The notes beneath the pieces are model-generated. The model ran no database searches and was not told the DNA's origin. It was given only the letters and a program-made list of their open reading frames with translations. A stretch of DNA of 64,000 nucleotides from Candidatus Nanohalarchaeota archaeon (GTDB taxonomy: Archaea; Nanohalarchaeota; Nanosalinia; Nanosalinales; Nanosalinaceae): NCBI GenBank assembly GCA_022729235.1, contig JALDAJ010000001.1, positions 736,001-800,000 on the forward strand. The letters are read 5' to 3'. Numbering within the stretch: position 1 is the stretch's first letter; each line of letters opens with the position of its first letter. The position numbers and the translations under genes were made by a program. This document shows, in pieces, positions 9,351-18,550 of the stretch.

Positions 9351-9695
9351 ATGCATCCGGCATTAAAGATTCTGATCGGAGCGCTGATGGTGGTCGTAGG
9401 AGTTTACTCCTCAGTCACTTTCTGGGACGAACTCCTGATTGCGTTTAAGGCAGGGATCGGTCCACTGCTAGTTCTCATCGGCGCATTCATCGTATGGCTT
9501 GAAAGCGATGAGTGGAAGATGAGGCGTGAGCAGAGAGATACAGGGATTCAGCAGAGATTTGAGACAGAGACTGAAGAGGAGGCTGACGAAGAAGCTGTTG
9601 AGGAAGAAGAGGAAGGCTTCACCTGCGGAGAATGTGGAAAGACTTTCGACACACAGAGAGGGCGCAGCATCCACCAGGCGCAGAAGCACGAGTAA
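9351..9695 (+). CDS. Membrane protein with C-terminal C2H2 zinc finger
   Basis: Two N-terminal hydrophobic helices, acidic linker, CGECGKTFDTQRGRSIHQAQKH; TATA-like CCTATAAAA at about 9311. Confidence 0.8.
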   Translation: MHPALKILIGALMVVVGVYSSVTFWDELLIAFKAGIGPLLVLIGAFIVWLESDEWKMRREQRDTGIQQRFETETEEEADEEAVEEEEEGFTCGECGKTFDTQRGRSIHQAQKHE

Positions 9696-9698
9696 GAA

Positions 9699-9737
9699 GC
9701 CGCGGAAAGCGGTCTACTTCATTTCTTATCTTTATTC
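9699..9737 (+). terminator. Possible terminator (short GC hairpin plus T-rich tract)
   Basis: GCCGC-GGAAA-GCGGT immediately after the stop, followed by TTTCTTATCTTTATT, between convergent genes. Confidence 0.35.
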
Positions 9738-9757
9738 CGTCGAGTGTAATGATATGG

Positions 9758-11425
9758 TTACTGCTGCTTGTAAAGGTTCTCGACTTTCTCTACTGAGTCG
9801 GCTTCTTCTTTGTCTTCACGGAACTGTTTCATTCTTGGGAAGCGGAGGGCGTATCCTGAGGTATAGGTGGGTGATTCCTGTATCTCCTCGTACTCGACCT
9901 CTACTATAACTTCGGGCTGGACTTCTATGTCGCGGCCCTCTTCCTTTACGATTAGCGGCTCCAGTTTTTCGGTTATCTCTTCGAGCTGTTCATCAGTCAG
10001 TCCGGTAGCCATCTTTCCAACTTCCTTGTACCTGTCTGTTTCCGGGTCGTAGGTTCCAAGTTTCAGGCTTCCTATCCATCCTGAGCGCCGACCTTCTCCC
10101 CATTCCCCGCCTATTATCGCGAGGTCAAGTGTCTCCATCACAGGTTTCAGCTTGACCATGTATCCTACGCGGGAACCGGGTTTGTACTTTGCTTCCAGCG
10201 CTTTCATTATGATGCCTTCTTGCCCGTCCGCAAGGGCGCGTTGCTGCATCTCCTGCGCAACCTCCGCCTCTCCGGTCTCTATGTGGTCAACCAGTCTCAG
10301 TTCTCGCTCCTTTTCATCCACGATTTCTTCAAGTTTCTCCCAGCGATCTCTGTACTTCTCTTCTATCATTGATTCTCCGAGGTATATCAGGTCGAAAGGC
10401 CTGACTTCTACGGGTATCTGTTTCTTCAGTTTCTGGATGTCGTACTTTCTCTTGATGCGTTTGGACAGCTGCTGGAACGGTATCATCGAGTGGTCGTCAG
10501 GGTCGTAAGCCACTATCTCGGTGTCTATTATGGCTTCTTCCGCGCTGAGGTTCTGCTTAACTGCTTTCGCGACATCCGGGAACTGCTTTGTGACATCTTC
10601 GAGTCGACGGGTGAACACCTTAACCTCGCCGTCTTTCACGTGTACCTGGGCACGCATCCCGTCGTACTTGTAATCTATGGCTGCGGGTCTACCGACTGTT
10701 TCGAACCCTTCTTCGATTGTATCGACCTTCCTGGCGAGCATCGAATTGACTGGCTGGAGTATTTCCATGTCGAGAGATCTTACCTCTTCTATACTCTCTC
10801 TGCACGCTTCCGCTACCTGCGTGAAATCGTTTGTGAAATTGTACGCGCGCTGGATGTCTTCGGCGTGTTCTCCGTTGAAGAACGCCTCGGACAGCGCATC
10901 TCTTACTATACCCTCTCCGACACCTAGTCTCATGTTCTGGAGGAACGTCCTCGTGACGTACCGTGCTTCTTCCGGTTCCGCGGAGGAGATCATGTCCGCA
11001 ACTTCTTTTCTCTTGGTGTCCATACTGACTGATTCTCCGTCACCCTCTCCCATCAGGGCGACTTTCTCCAGTTTGTCCATTATCATTTCCGCGGTCAGTT
11101 TCTTTTCCATGAGTCTTTGCTGGGTCTTCTCCTCGACCATCTCTTCCGCTACCTCTCCAAGATCTCCTTTTTCTCTCCAGAGATCTTCGACCTCACTTCC
11201 ACTTATACCTGTCGCCTCCGAGATGATGTCTACCATCGTCTTACTTGAGATGCCGAGGTCGAGGTCTTTCCATGAAGGGAATGGTCGCCCCATTGATAGA
11301 AGTACTACCTGCGGGAGATCATCTTCTGCTTCCTTGAAAAGTCCTGCCAGTATGGATGTTTTCTCCAGTGTTGACTGTGTTGACTCCAGTTCTTGATAGG
11401 TCTCTACGAGTCGGGAGTATTCCAT
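9758..11425 (-). CDS. lig: ATP-dependent DNA ligase
   Basis: YKYDGMR (KxDG), EGIIMK, MVKLKP, LRFPR motifs. Confidence 0.98.
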   Translation of the reverse strand: MEYSRLVETYQELESTQSTLEKTSILAGLFKEAEDDLPQVVLLSMGRPFPSWKDLDLGISSKTMVDIISEATGISGSEVEDLWREKGDLGEVAEEMVEEKTQQRLMEKKLTAEMIMDKLEKVALMGEGDGESVSMDTKRKEVADMISSAEPEEARYVTRTFLQNMRLGVGEGIVRDALSEAFFNGEHAEDIQRAYNFTNDFTQVAEACRESIEEVRSLDMEILQPVNSMLARKVDTIEEGFETVGRPAAIDYKYDGMRAQVHVKDGEVKVFTRRLEDVTKQFPDVAKAVKQNLSAEEAIIDTEIVAYDPDDHSMIPFQQLSKRIKRKYDIQKLKKQIPVEVRPFDLIYLGESMIEEKYRDRWEKLEEIVDEKERELRLVDHIETGEAEVAQEMQQRALADGQEGIIMKALEAKYKPGSRVGYMVKLKPVMETLDLAIIGGEWGEGRRSGWIGSLKLGTYDPETDRYKEVGKMATGLTDEQLEEITEKLEPLIVKEEGRDIEVQPEVIVEVEYEEIQESPTYTSGYALRFPRMKQFREDKEEADSVEKVENLYKQQ

Positions 11426-11482
11426 ATTACATAGATTTTTCCTGAAAGGTTTAAAATTGGCTTTTAACCAGTTTAAATAGAG

Positions 11483-12124
11483 ATGTCCGCTTTCGAAGAT
11501 ATACGGGAACTACCTTCATTCCGCAGGGCGAGAGAAGAGGTTATACCGCGCGAAGTGATGGGAAAGATACTCGAGGCGGGTAGACACGCTCCTTCTCCTG
11601 GAAACGTACAGAGCCTGGAGTTCATAGTAGTTGAGGATGACACCAAGAAAGAGAAGCTCTACCGCGCTACGGATGACGAGAGGGTGGAGCAGGCTCCTAC
11701 AGCGGTTATAGTAGTTTCCGATATTGAGAGGCTGGGACGGCGACTGGGTGAGGGTGCCGAGAGACAGGCTTACTCTGAGTCAGCAACTGCTGTCCAGAAT
11801 ATGAGAGTGGTCGCTGCAGAGGAGGAGGTGGCTTCTGTGTGGATAGGAGGTTTTGATGAAAACGTGGTTAATGAACAGTTCTCTGTTCCGAACGGCAAGA
11901 AGTCGTTATCAATCGTTTTATTTGCCTATACTGACGATCCTGTTTACGTGGAACAGAGGTTTGGTATGAATGAGGTTTGCTTCTATGATGAGTATAGCAA
12001 CCAGATAAACAGTTTCTGGGATGAGCCCGGCTGGCGGGGTGTTAGGGAGGAGTCTCGTATCCAGAAGAAAAGAGCCCGGAGCGTCATGGGTTTATTCAGG
12101 AGGAAACTGAAACAGCTTTTATAA
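11483..12124 (+). CDS. Nitroreductase family protein
   Basis: ILEAGRHAPSPGNVQ, AVQNM...VWIGGF. Confidence 0.88.
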   Translation: MSAFEDIRELPSFRRAREEVIPREVMGKILEAGRHAPSPGNVQSLEFIVVEDDTKKEKLYRATDDERVEQAPTAVIVVSDIERLGRRLGEGAERQAYSESATAVQNMRVVAAEEEVASVWIGGFDENVVNEQFSVPNGKKSLSIVLFAYTDDPVYVEQRFGMNEVCFYDEYSNQINSFWDEPGWRGVREESRIQKKRARSVMGLFRRKLKQLL

Positions 12125-12242
12125 ATATCAGGGGATAATGATTGTTTACCGGGCGATGATAAAAATTTCCTAGAGGTGTAGAAAAGCTCTGGAAAAAGGT
12201 TTATAACTGCCCGGACGATACAAATTCATAGAGTGGTTGCAA

Positions 12243-13061
12243 ATGGTAGCTAGCCAAGAAACACTGGATAAACTCGAGGACATCGGACTAAACATGTATG
12301 AAAGGAAAATTTACGCTGCTCTACTGGGCAGAGGTACTTCTACTGCCGGTGAACTGTCCGAAATGACTAATGTTCCTCGCTCCCGGGCTTACGATGTCCT
12401 GGAATCTCTGGCTGAAAAAGGATTTTCTGTAATAAAGTCTTCTCAACCGATGGAGTACGTTGCAATCCCGCCTGAACAGGCTATCGAGAATATTAAGAAA
12501 CAGCACCAGAAAGATCTCCAGGAGAAACTTGATAGACTTGAATCGTTCAAGGATTCTGAAGCTGTAGGCGAGCTTGAAGGTCTCTACGACCAAGGCGTTG
12601 AACTGGTCGATCCTGCAGAGATGTCAGGGTCACTGCAGGGACGCCACCAGATCCACCAGCACATGGGTACGATGTTCCAGCAGGCACAGAAGAGTATTAA
12701 GGTAGCTACCTCGGAACAGGGGCTAAATGATATCTACGAGAATCACTCTGACCTTCTTGAGGAAGCTAGAGAACAGGGAGTTAACGTGAGGATTCTAGCT
12801 CCGGTAACTGATAACAACCGTAACGCATACGAGAACCTCAGCAATGTAGCCGAGGTCAGACACCTGGACGAAGGAAACGAGTTCGACATGCCTAATGGGC
12901 GTTTCGCGATAGTTGATAACGACGGTCTAACGGTTTCCATGACTGGTGAAGATGTTCACTCGACCCAGGACACGGCGTTCTGGACGAGGAGCGATCACCT
13001 CGCCGAGTCGACTATGGAGCCTGTCTTTGACATGCTCTGGCATCACTCTGAGGAGCCTTAA
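12243..13061 (+). CDS. TrmB family transcriptional regulator
   Basis: GLNMYERKIY...VPRSRAYDVLESLAEKG TrmB HTH with PLD-like effector domain; AAAAGGTTTATAA BRE-TATA upstream. Confidence 0.93.
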   Translation: MVASQETLDKLEDIGLNMYERKIYAALLGRGTSTAGELSEMTNVPRSRAYDVLESLAEKGFSVIKSSQPMEYVAIPPEQAIENIKKQHQKDLQEKLDRLESFKDSEAVGELEGLYDQGVELVDPAEMSGSLQGRHQIHQHMGTMFQQAQKSIKVATSEQGLNDIYENHSDLLEEAREQGVNVRILAPVTDNNRNAYENLSNVAEVRHLDEGNEFDMPNGRFAIVDNDGLTVSMTGEDVHSTQDTAFWTRSDHLAESTMEPVFDMLWHHSEEP

Positions 13062-13108
13062 GACGACCTACTCTTTTTGATACCTTGCTTATTTCAGGTA
13101 TTCTTCGA

Positions 13109-13987
13109 TTACAGGACTGACCTGAGAGGTGCGTTTATTGAGTTAATGTTTAGAATGTCGGGGAGAGATACGCTGGGGAAGAAGAGTTCCAGTAGACCAA
13201 ACTCCGGTCTGTCCTCTACCCTGAAGACCCTGAGTTCCTTGTCAGTCATGTTCTCGGCAACTTTTACAGATGTCTCGCGACCACCGAGCTCGTCGACAAG
13301 TCCCAGCTCCTCTGCTTCTTCACCGAGGAATATCCGTCCTGTGGTAGCTTCTTCAAGCTCTTCGTCTGTAAGATTGCGGTTATCATCGACCAGTTCGATA
13401 AAATCTTCGTGAACCGTGTCAGTCATCTGTTGCAGTATCTCAAGCTCCTCTTCAGTTGCCTCGTCGAAAGGCGAACCGAGTTCTTTGTACTCTCCCGAGG
13501 TGATGTTCACGTACTCTATTCCCAGTTCATCCATAAGTTCCGAGAACTCGGGATAAGATGCAGTAACTCCTATACTACCGGTCACAGAAACTTCATCCAC
13601 CACTATCTGATCACATCCCAGGGAAGCCAGGTAAGCTCCTGAGGCACCTACATCTCTGACCCGGCAAACGGTAGGTACATCGGCTGCATCTATAGCTCTC
13701 ATGACTTCTTTCGAGGCGACTACTGCTCCTCCGCCAGAATTGATTTCGTAGATTATGGCGTCTGCACCTTCATTTTTTGCCTGTCCTGTGAGAGACCTGA
13801 CCTGTTCTGGTGTTATGTCTCCCGAGGTGAAAGACTGAGATGATGGAACTATGTTACCGGAGAGATCGATTACCGCGGCATCGCCTCTTTCATCGAATAA
13901 ATCTGTCCAGAAAGCTGACCCGGATACGCTCATTAAAACAAATAGTGCTGTAACAAAAAGAGTCTTTGTCTTGAGTTGCATACACAT
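13109..13987 (-). CDS. sppA: Signal peptide peptidase SppA (S49 family)
   Basis: INSGGG, ASGAYLAS, GSIGV, SGEYKE, TGRIFLG...GLVDELG; N-terminal signal/anchor. Confidence 0.93.
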   Translation of the reverse strand: MCMQLKTKTLFVTALFVLMSVSGSAFWTDLFDERGDAAVIDLSGNIVPSSQSFTSGDITPEQVRSLTGQAKNEGADAIIYEINSGGGAVVASKEVMRAIDAADVPTVCRVRDVGASGAYLASLGCDQIVVDEVSVTGSIGVTASYPEFSELMDELGIEYVNITSGEYKELGSPFDEATEEELEILQQMTDTVHEDFIELVDDNRNLTDEELEEATTGRIFLGEEAEELGLVDELGGRETSVKVAENMTDKELRVFRVEDRPEFGLLELFFPSVSLPDILNINSINAPLRSVL

Positions 13988-14133
13988 TGCACTGAATTTG
14001 TTTCTTTTTAACTTTTCATATATCGAGATTATGGTATCGCTAGAGGAGGAGATTATTGCCGGCTACTTGAAATCACCGGAAGGTTTGATGTATACGCTGC
14101 TTATTTAACTTTAATCAGGGTCAAGTCCAGTAG

Positions 14134-14469
14134 TTGACGAGTATGGGCATTGAATACAACGAGCAAGATGCTGAGATCCTTGTAGAATCCTGTTCTCAGG
14201 TAGGAGAGGTTTTCCGTAGTTACGAGCTTAGAATGGCAATGACCGCGAAATCTCCTGATGGCGGTTATTCAACCGAAGAGGTCAATTATGCTTTGGAAAT
14301 GTTAGAAGACCGAGAGAGGGTAGATGTTGAGGGAGTCAAAAGAGATGCGCTTGGTAATCATACTTGGGTCAGAAATGAAGATCTGGACGAAGAACACGTG
14401 AAGGAGTTGCTAGTTGAACCTGAATCTGAGATAGAGGAAGGGGGTTCGTTTCTGGATGCTCTTGTTTGA
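14134..14469 (+). CDS. Hypothetical protein (possible wHTH)
   Basis: Acidic 111-aa ORF; no firm motif. Confidence 0.55.
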   Translation: MTSMGIEYNEQDAEILVESCSQVGEVFRSYELRMAMTAKSPDGGYSTEEVNYALEMLEDRERVDVEGVKRDALGNHTWVRNEDLDEEHVKELLVEPESEIEEGGSFLDALV

Positions 14470-14524
14470 TTCCGGATAGCTTGGCTGAAGGAGTTTTTAA
14501 CTTTTCATCTTGAGTATTGGACAT

Positions 14525-16099
14525 ATGACTCTCAAACAGCTTTCACGTGAAATAATAGAAGAAATCGAGTCCGGTGAGATTGAGTCCAAGGACGAGATAG
14601 AGTCCCGGAAGAAACGGTTGTGCAGCGAGCTTGAATTTGAAGGACTGCCGAAGAACTCTGACATACTGGAGTTCGTTGAGGATGAGGAAGAACGGGCACA
14701 GAAGTTGCTGAAGACAAAACCGATGCGAACAATCTCAGGTATCGCGAATATCGCTATCATGGCACGACCCGCTCCATGTGGGGGTGGGTGCATATACTGC
14801 CCGAAAGGAGAGAACGCCCCGCAGAGCTATACCGGTAAGGAGCCTGCCACGCGTAGAGCGATAAGAAACCAATACGACCCGTTTGATCAGGTGCATGACC
14901 GTCTGGGACAGTACGAGAAGAACGGTCACGCCATCGACAAGTCCAAACTGATTGTTATGGGCGGGACATTCCCGTTCCAGGACCCGGAGTACCAGGAAGA
15001 ATTCATGCTCGGCGCATGGAACGGTTTCAACACTTACACAGGAAACGAGGAGAAGGTTGACAACCTGGAAGACGCGGTGGAGATCAATGAGACTGCGGAT
15101 GTCCGGTGTGTCGGAGTTACTTTCGAGACCCGCCCTGATATCTGTGAGACCGCGCACATCGACCGTATCCTCGAGTTCGGCGGGACACGTACTGAGATGG
15201 GTGTCCAGACCGTCTTTGATGAGACACATGAACTGACAAACCGAGGTCACGGCATGGATAAAGTGATAGAAGCTACCCGCAGGTTAAAGAACGCGGGTTT
15301 CAAGGTTTGCTACCACCTGATGCTTGGTCTCCCCGGTGAGGACTACGAGGATGATATAAGGAAGTTCAAGGAGGTTTTCTCCAACCAGGACTACCAGCCG
15401 GACGAAGTCAAAATTTACCCGTGCGAGGTCATCCAGGGCACCGAGCTCTACAGGCGGTACGAGGAAGGCGACTTCGAACCCATCACCAGCGAGGAGGCCA
15501 AGGAGAGGTTGAAGGAGATACAGAAAGAAGTGATTCCTCCGCGCGTCCGAATCAAGAGGGTGATGCGTGATATACCTTCAACAGAAGTCGATGCAGGACC
15601 GCAGCTCACCAACATGCGCCAGATGGCTCTCCAGGAACTTGACAAGGAGGGAGAACGGTGCCGCTGTATAAGGTGCAGGGAGGCCGGTCACGTCCGGCAG
15701 AAACGCGGTGAAGAGCCGGAAGATGTGGAGTTCTTGGAACGCGTATACGATGCTTCAGGCGGTAAGGAGTTCTTCCTCAGCTACGAGGATGTGGACAAGG
15801 ATATTATCCTCGGCTTTCTCAGGGCGAGGGCGCCGCCGGAAAGCTTCCGGCCGGAAATTGACGACGATACCCTTATAGTCAGGCAGCTCAAGGTCCTCGG
15901 CTCCTCGACAGAGATCGGTGAAGAAGAGGGAGAGGTACAGCACCGCGGGTTCGGAAAGCGACTGATGGAGAAGGCCGAGGAGAAAGCCCGTGAACTCGGC
16001 CGTGACAGGGTCGCGGTGATCTCGGGAGTCGGCGTCCGAGAATACTATAGAAAGCTCGGCTACGAGAAAGAAGGAGTTTACATGGTTAAAGAGCTTTGA
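14525..16099 (+). CDS. elp3: Elp3 tRNA uridine(34) acetyltransferase (radical SAM plus GNAT)
   Basis: KP.RTISG, CGGGCIYCP, QSYTGKEPA, ETRPD, QHRGFG, VISGVGVREYYRKLGY. Confidence 0.97.
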   Translation: MTLKQLSREIIEEIESGEIESKDEIESRKKRLCSELEFEGLPKNSDILEFVEDEEERAQKLLKTKPMRTISGIANIAIMARPAPCGGGCIYCPKGENAPQSYTGKEPATRRAIRNQYDPFDQVHDRLGQYEKNGHAIDKSKLIVMGGTFPFQDPEYQEEFMLGAWNGFNTYTGNEEKVDNLEDAVEINETADVRCVGVTFETRPDICETAHIDRILEFGGTRTEMGVQTVFDETHELTNRGHGMDKVIEATRRLKNAGFKVCYHLMLGLPGEDYEDDIRKFKEVFSNQDYQPDEVKIYPCEVIQGTELYRRYEEGDFEPITSEEAKERLKEIQKEVIPPRVRIKRVMRDIPSTEVDAGPQLTNMRQMALQELDKEGERCRCIRCREAGHVRQKRGEEPEDVEFLERVYDASGGKEFFLSYEDVDKDIILGFLRARAPPESFRPEIDDDTLIVRQLKVLGSSTEIGEEEGEVQHRGFGKRLMEKAEEKARELGRDRVAVISGVGVREYYRKLGYEKEGVYMVKEL

Positions 16100-16158
16100 G
16101 TATCTTCTCTTGATTTAACGTAATTTTTATCAATTTTAGGCTTGGAATAGAGTTTATA

Positions 16159-16590
16159 ATGGCTGAGAATGTTTTTGTGGATTCCTCGGTTTTTCTTTCT
16201 CACGTATTGAATGATAGAGACTCTGAGTGGTCTAGAAAGAAGCTGGCTAGGATTAAGAATGATTCTAGAGGTAATTTTGAGCCTTTCACTAGTCATGTTG
16301 TTTTGGGAGAGGTTAAGATCTCGATAGTAGAGGCTTCTGAGAATAGGTATGTCCAGGATCTTTATGAGAGGTTTCTCACTTATTTTGATGTCGATAAGTA
16401 TTACCTTACAACTGTGGGGAAAGAGGATTACATTGATATGTTGGAAGAAGTTCGGAGTATTGATGAAAGGATTTCTTACAATGATTGCAGAATAGTTGCG
16501 GAGGCATTAGCAGAGAATTGTAACAAGCTCTACACCACTGATAGGGATTGGAGCAAGAGATTTGGTATAGAAGTAGTTGGTCCTGAATAA
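16159..16590 (+). CDS. PIN domain (VapC-like) ribonuclease
   Basis: VFVDSSVF, VLGE, ISYNDC.IVA, LYTTDRD acidic PIN residues; AT-richer than flanking genes. Confidence 0.88.
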   Translation: MAENVFVDSSVFLSHVLNDRDSEWSRKKLARIKNDSRGNFEPFTSHVVLGEVKISIVEASENRYVQDLYERFLTYFDVDKYYLTTVGKEDYIDMLEEVRSIDERISYNDCRIVAEALAENCNKLYTTDRDWSKRFGIEVVGPE

Positions 16591-16591
16591 G

Positions 16592-16693
16592 CTATTTCTC
16601 GTGTTTCTTGTTTACTTCTTCGATTACTTCTGCCGCCGACTTATCCCTGTACTCTGGCTTTATCATCTTCTTTACATTTTTCCCGTTGCTCAT
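16592..16693 (-). CDS. 33-aa peptide convergent on the PIN gene
   Basis: MSNGKNVKKMIKPEYRDKSAAEVIEEVNKKHEK; GGGGAGG SD upstream; stop lies 1 nt from the PIN stop. Confidence 0.5.
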   Translation of the reverse strand: MSNGKNVKKMIKPEYRDKSAAEVIEEVNKKHEK

Positions 16694-16795
16694 AGTATTT
16701 CCTCCCCGCTCTAATCTTAAATAATCTTTTGCACTCGAGTTGCGAATCAGAAAATAAAAACGGTGTTCCCCTCCCCAGAGGCTCACCGATCGGGT

Positions 16796-17077
16796 TCAGT
16801 TGGAGTGCGTGTTTTTGAGTGTCTGCCACTGGTCCGCGAACTCGTCTTTCATGTGTTCAAGTGCTATCCTTTCCTCGTCGCTCAGTTCTTTTGATTCGAC
16901 TATGTTCCTGTAAATCTTGTACGGATGTGTCGGTACTTCTTCGTCCATGTTGTTCCTGAACTTGTCTTCAAACTTGTCGCGGTGTTTCTCCACTTTTTCC
17001 TCGAGGACTCCTTTTTCCTCCCATTGATCGGCGAGCTTTTCTTTGGAACTTTTTCCGATATCCCACATGCTCGCCAT
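16796..17077 (-). CDS. Hypothetical helical protein
   Basis: 93-aa charged ORF with core-like codon usage and an upstream TTAATAA. Confidence 0.7.
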   Translation of the reverse strand: MASMWDIGKSSKEKLADQWEEKGVLEEKVEKHRDKFEDKFRNNMDEEVPTHPYKIYRNIVESKELSDEERIALEHMKDEFADQWQTLKNTHSN

Positions 17078-17263
17078 ACCGAATATTATTGCAGGGAGCC
17101 TTATTAACCTTGTCCTTGTCTTAGAACGTCGCTAGCGCACTAGATAGTGATTTCTGTATCCGATAAGTGATGACAATATCTTAAACCTTTTCACAGGATC
17201 ATAACTTTCTTTATATAGAGACGGGACCAGATTTAACAGTCTGGTCAAGTATCTTGAGAAGTA

Positions 17264-17971
17264 ATGACGAGTATTATCAATGTTTTGGCGGAGAGTTTCC
17301 AGCTTTTGATGGATAGACCGGTGCTTTTCGTCCCCAAGATAGTCTCTGCGCTGATAGGTGCCTTCTGGATTGTTGGACTTGTTGAATTCTTTTTCTCAGG
17401 TCAGGGCTCGCTCTACTTTTACGCGGTTACAGCCCCGTTTATATCGGTTTCAGGGCTCTTTGCAGCGGTGATGCTGGCTGTTATGGTTAAGAAGGAAGAT
17501 TCGGGGAATATACTGAAGGAAGGATTTCTTGGAGCCCTGTCAAAGTGGAAAGGTATAGCCGTCTCTACAGCTTTCCTGGTGCTTATGAGCTTCCTGGTTT
17601 TCATCCCTGTGTCTATCGGACTGGCATATTTCTTGCTGGTTGGTTCGATATCGTGGCTTGTTGCAGGGTTTTTCCTGACTATGGCTCTGCTGGTGATAAT
17701 GACGTTTCTAGTCTATTTCTTTCCTATCAGCTTAGTGGAGAAGGAATCAGTTATCAGGGGATTCCGGGATTCGGCGCAGACTTCTGTGGGTAACTCAAAG
17801 GAGGTTATGGCGCTCACATTCTTTTCCTTTGTTGTTCTTATCCTCGCATCTCTAGCGAGCAACCAGGAGTTCAGGGCTCTAGGGTTCGCGAGTTTTATCA
17901 TTATGCGAGTTATATCCGGTATTATCACGACTTACGTCTTCGTTGTGAGTCCGAAATATTACTTATCGTAA
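17264..17971 (+). CDS. Multi-pass membrane protein
   Basis: About 6 hydrophobic segments. Confidence 0.8.
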   Translation: MTSIINVLAESFQLLMDRPVLFVPKIVSALIGAFWIVGLVEFFFSGQGSLYFYAVTAPFISVSGLFAAVMLAVMVKKEDSGNILKEGFLGALSKWKGIAVSTAFLVLMSFLVFIPVSIGLAYFLLVGSISWLVAGFFLTMALLVIMTFLVYFFPISLVEKESVIRGFRDSAQTSVGNSKEVMALTFFSFVVLILASLASNQEFRALGFASFIIMRVISGIITTYVFVVSPKYYLS

Positions 17972-17978
17972 TCTAGAA

Positions 17979-18548
17979 CTAACCTCTCAGCGTTTCAACA
18001 AGCTTCTTTGCTGCTTCTTGGGCATGTCCTTCCCTGTTCTCGATGACCTTGAGGTACGCCCCGGTCAGGACCGCGTCTGTTGACGCCATCTCTCTCGCGA
18101 CTTTTTGGTACTGCCTGATGTCAGCTGGCGAGTCGTGCTCCCTGTCCCGGTCCTCGTCTCCCTGAGTCCGTGACCAGATCGCCTCTGCGTCTGCATGTAG
18201 AAGTATTATCTTCGACGGGTCTAGGTTCTCGACAGTCCACTTTGGAAGGCCAGGCAAGTATCCGTAAGGTGTTTTTATCGCGGCGTGTGTATCGACTATG
18301 ATATCGTTTTCTCGGGAGTCTTCAACTATCGACTTCGCCGCTTCCTTCTGCACCTTCTTGCTGGTCTCGGTGTCGAGCTCTTTCAGTTCGTCTCTGCTAT
18401 CTACCAGTCCTTCTTCCCGTGCTGTTTCCAGCATCCGGTCGCCGTAGTTGATGACCTCGTAGTCTCTGTCCGATAGAAGCATCGCTTCCTCAAGAACTGT
18501 AGATTTTCCGACTCCTGAAAGTCCGACAAGTATATTGACTTCTCCCAT
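17979..18548 (-). CDS. adkA: Archaeal adenylate kinase
   Basis: GLSGVGKST, INYGD.M, RDEL, VDTH.IKTP.GYLPGLP. Confidence 0.95.
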   Translation of the reverse strand: MGEVNILVGLSGVGKSTVLEEAMLLSDRDYEVINYGDRMLETAREEGLVDSRDELKELDTETSKKVQKEAAKSIVEDSRENDIIVDTHAAIKTPYGYLPGLPKWTVENLDPSKIILLHADAEAIWSRTQGDEDRDREHDSPADIRQYQKVAREMASTDAVLTGAYLKVIENREGHAQEAAKKLVETLRG

Positions 18549-18550
18549 AG

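Noticed and set aside
14031-14108. 25-aa ORF MVSLEEEIIAGYLKSPEGLMYTLLI
   Set aside because: Too short and lacks independent support.
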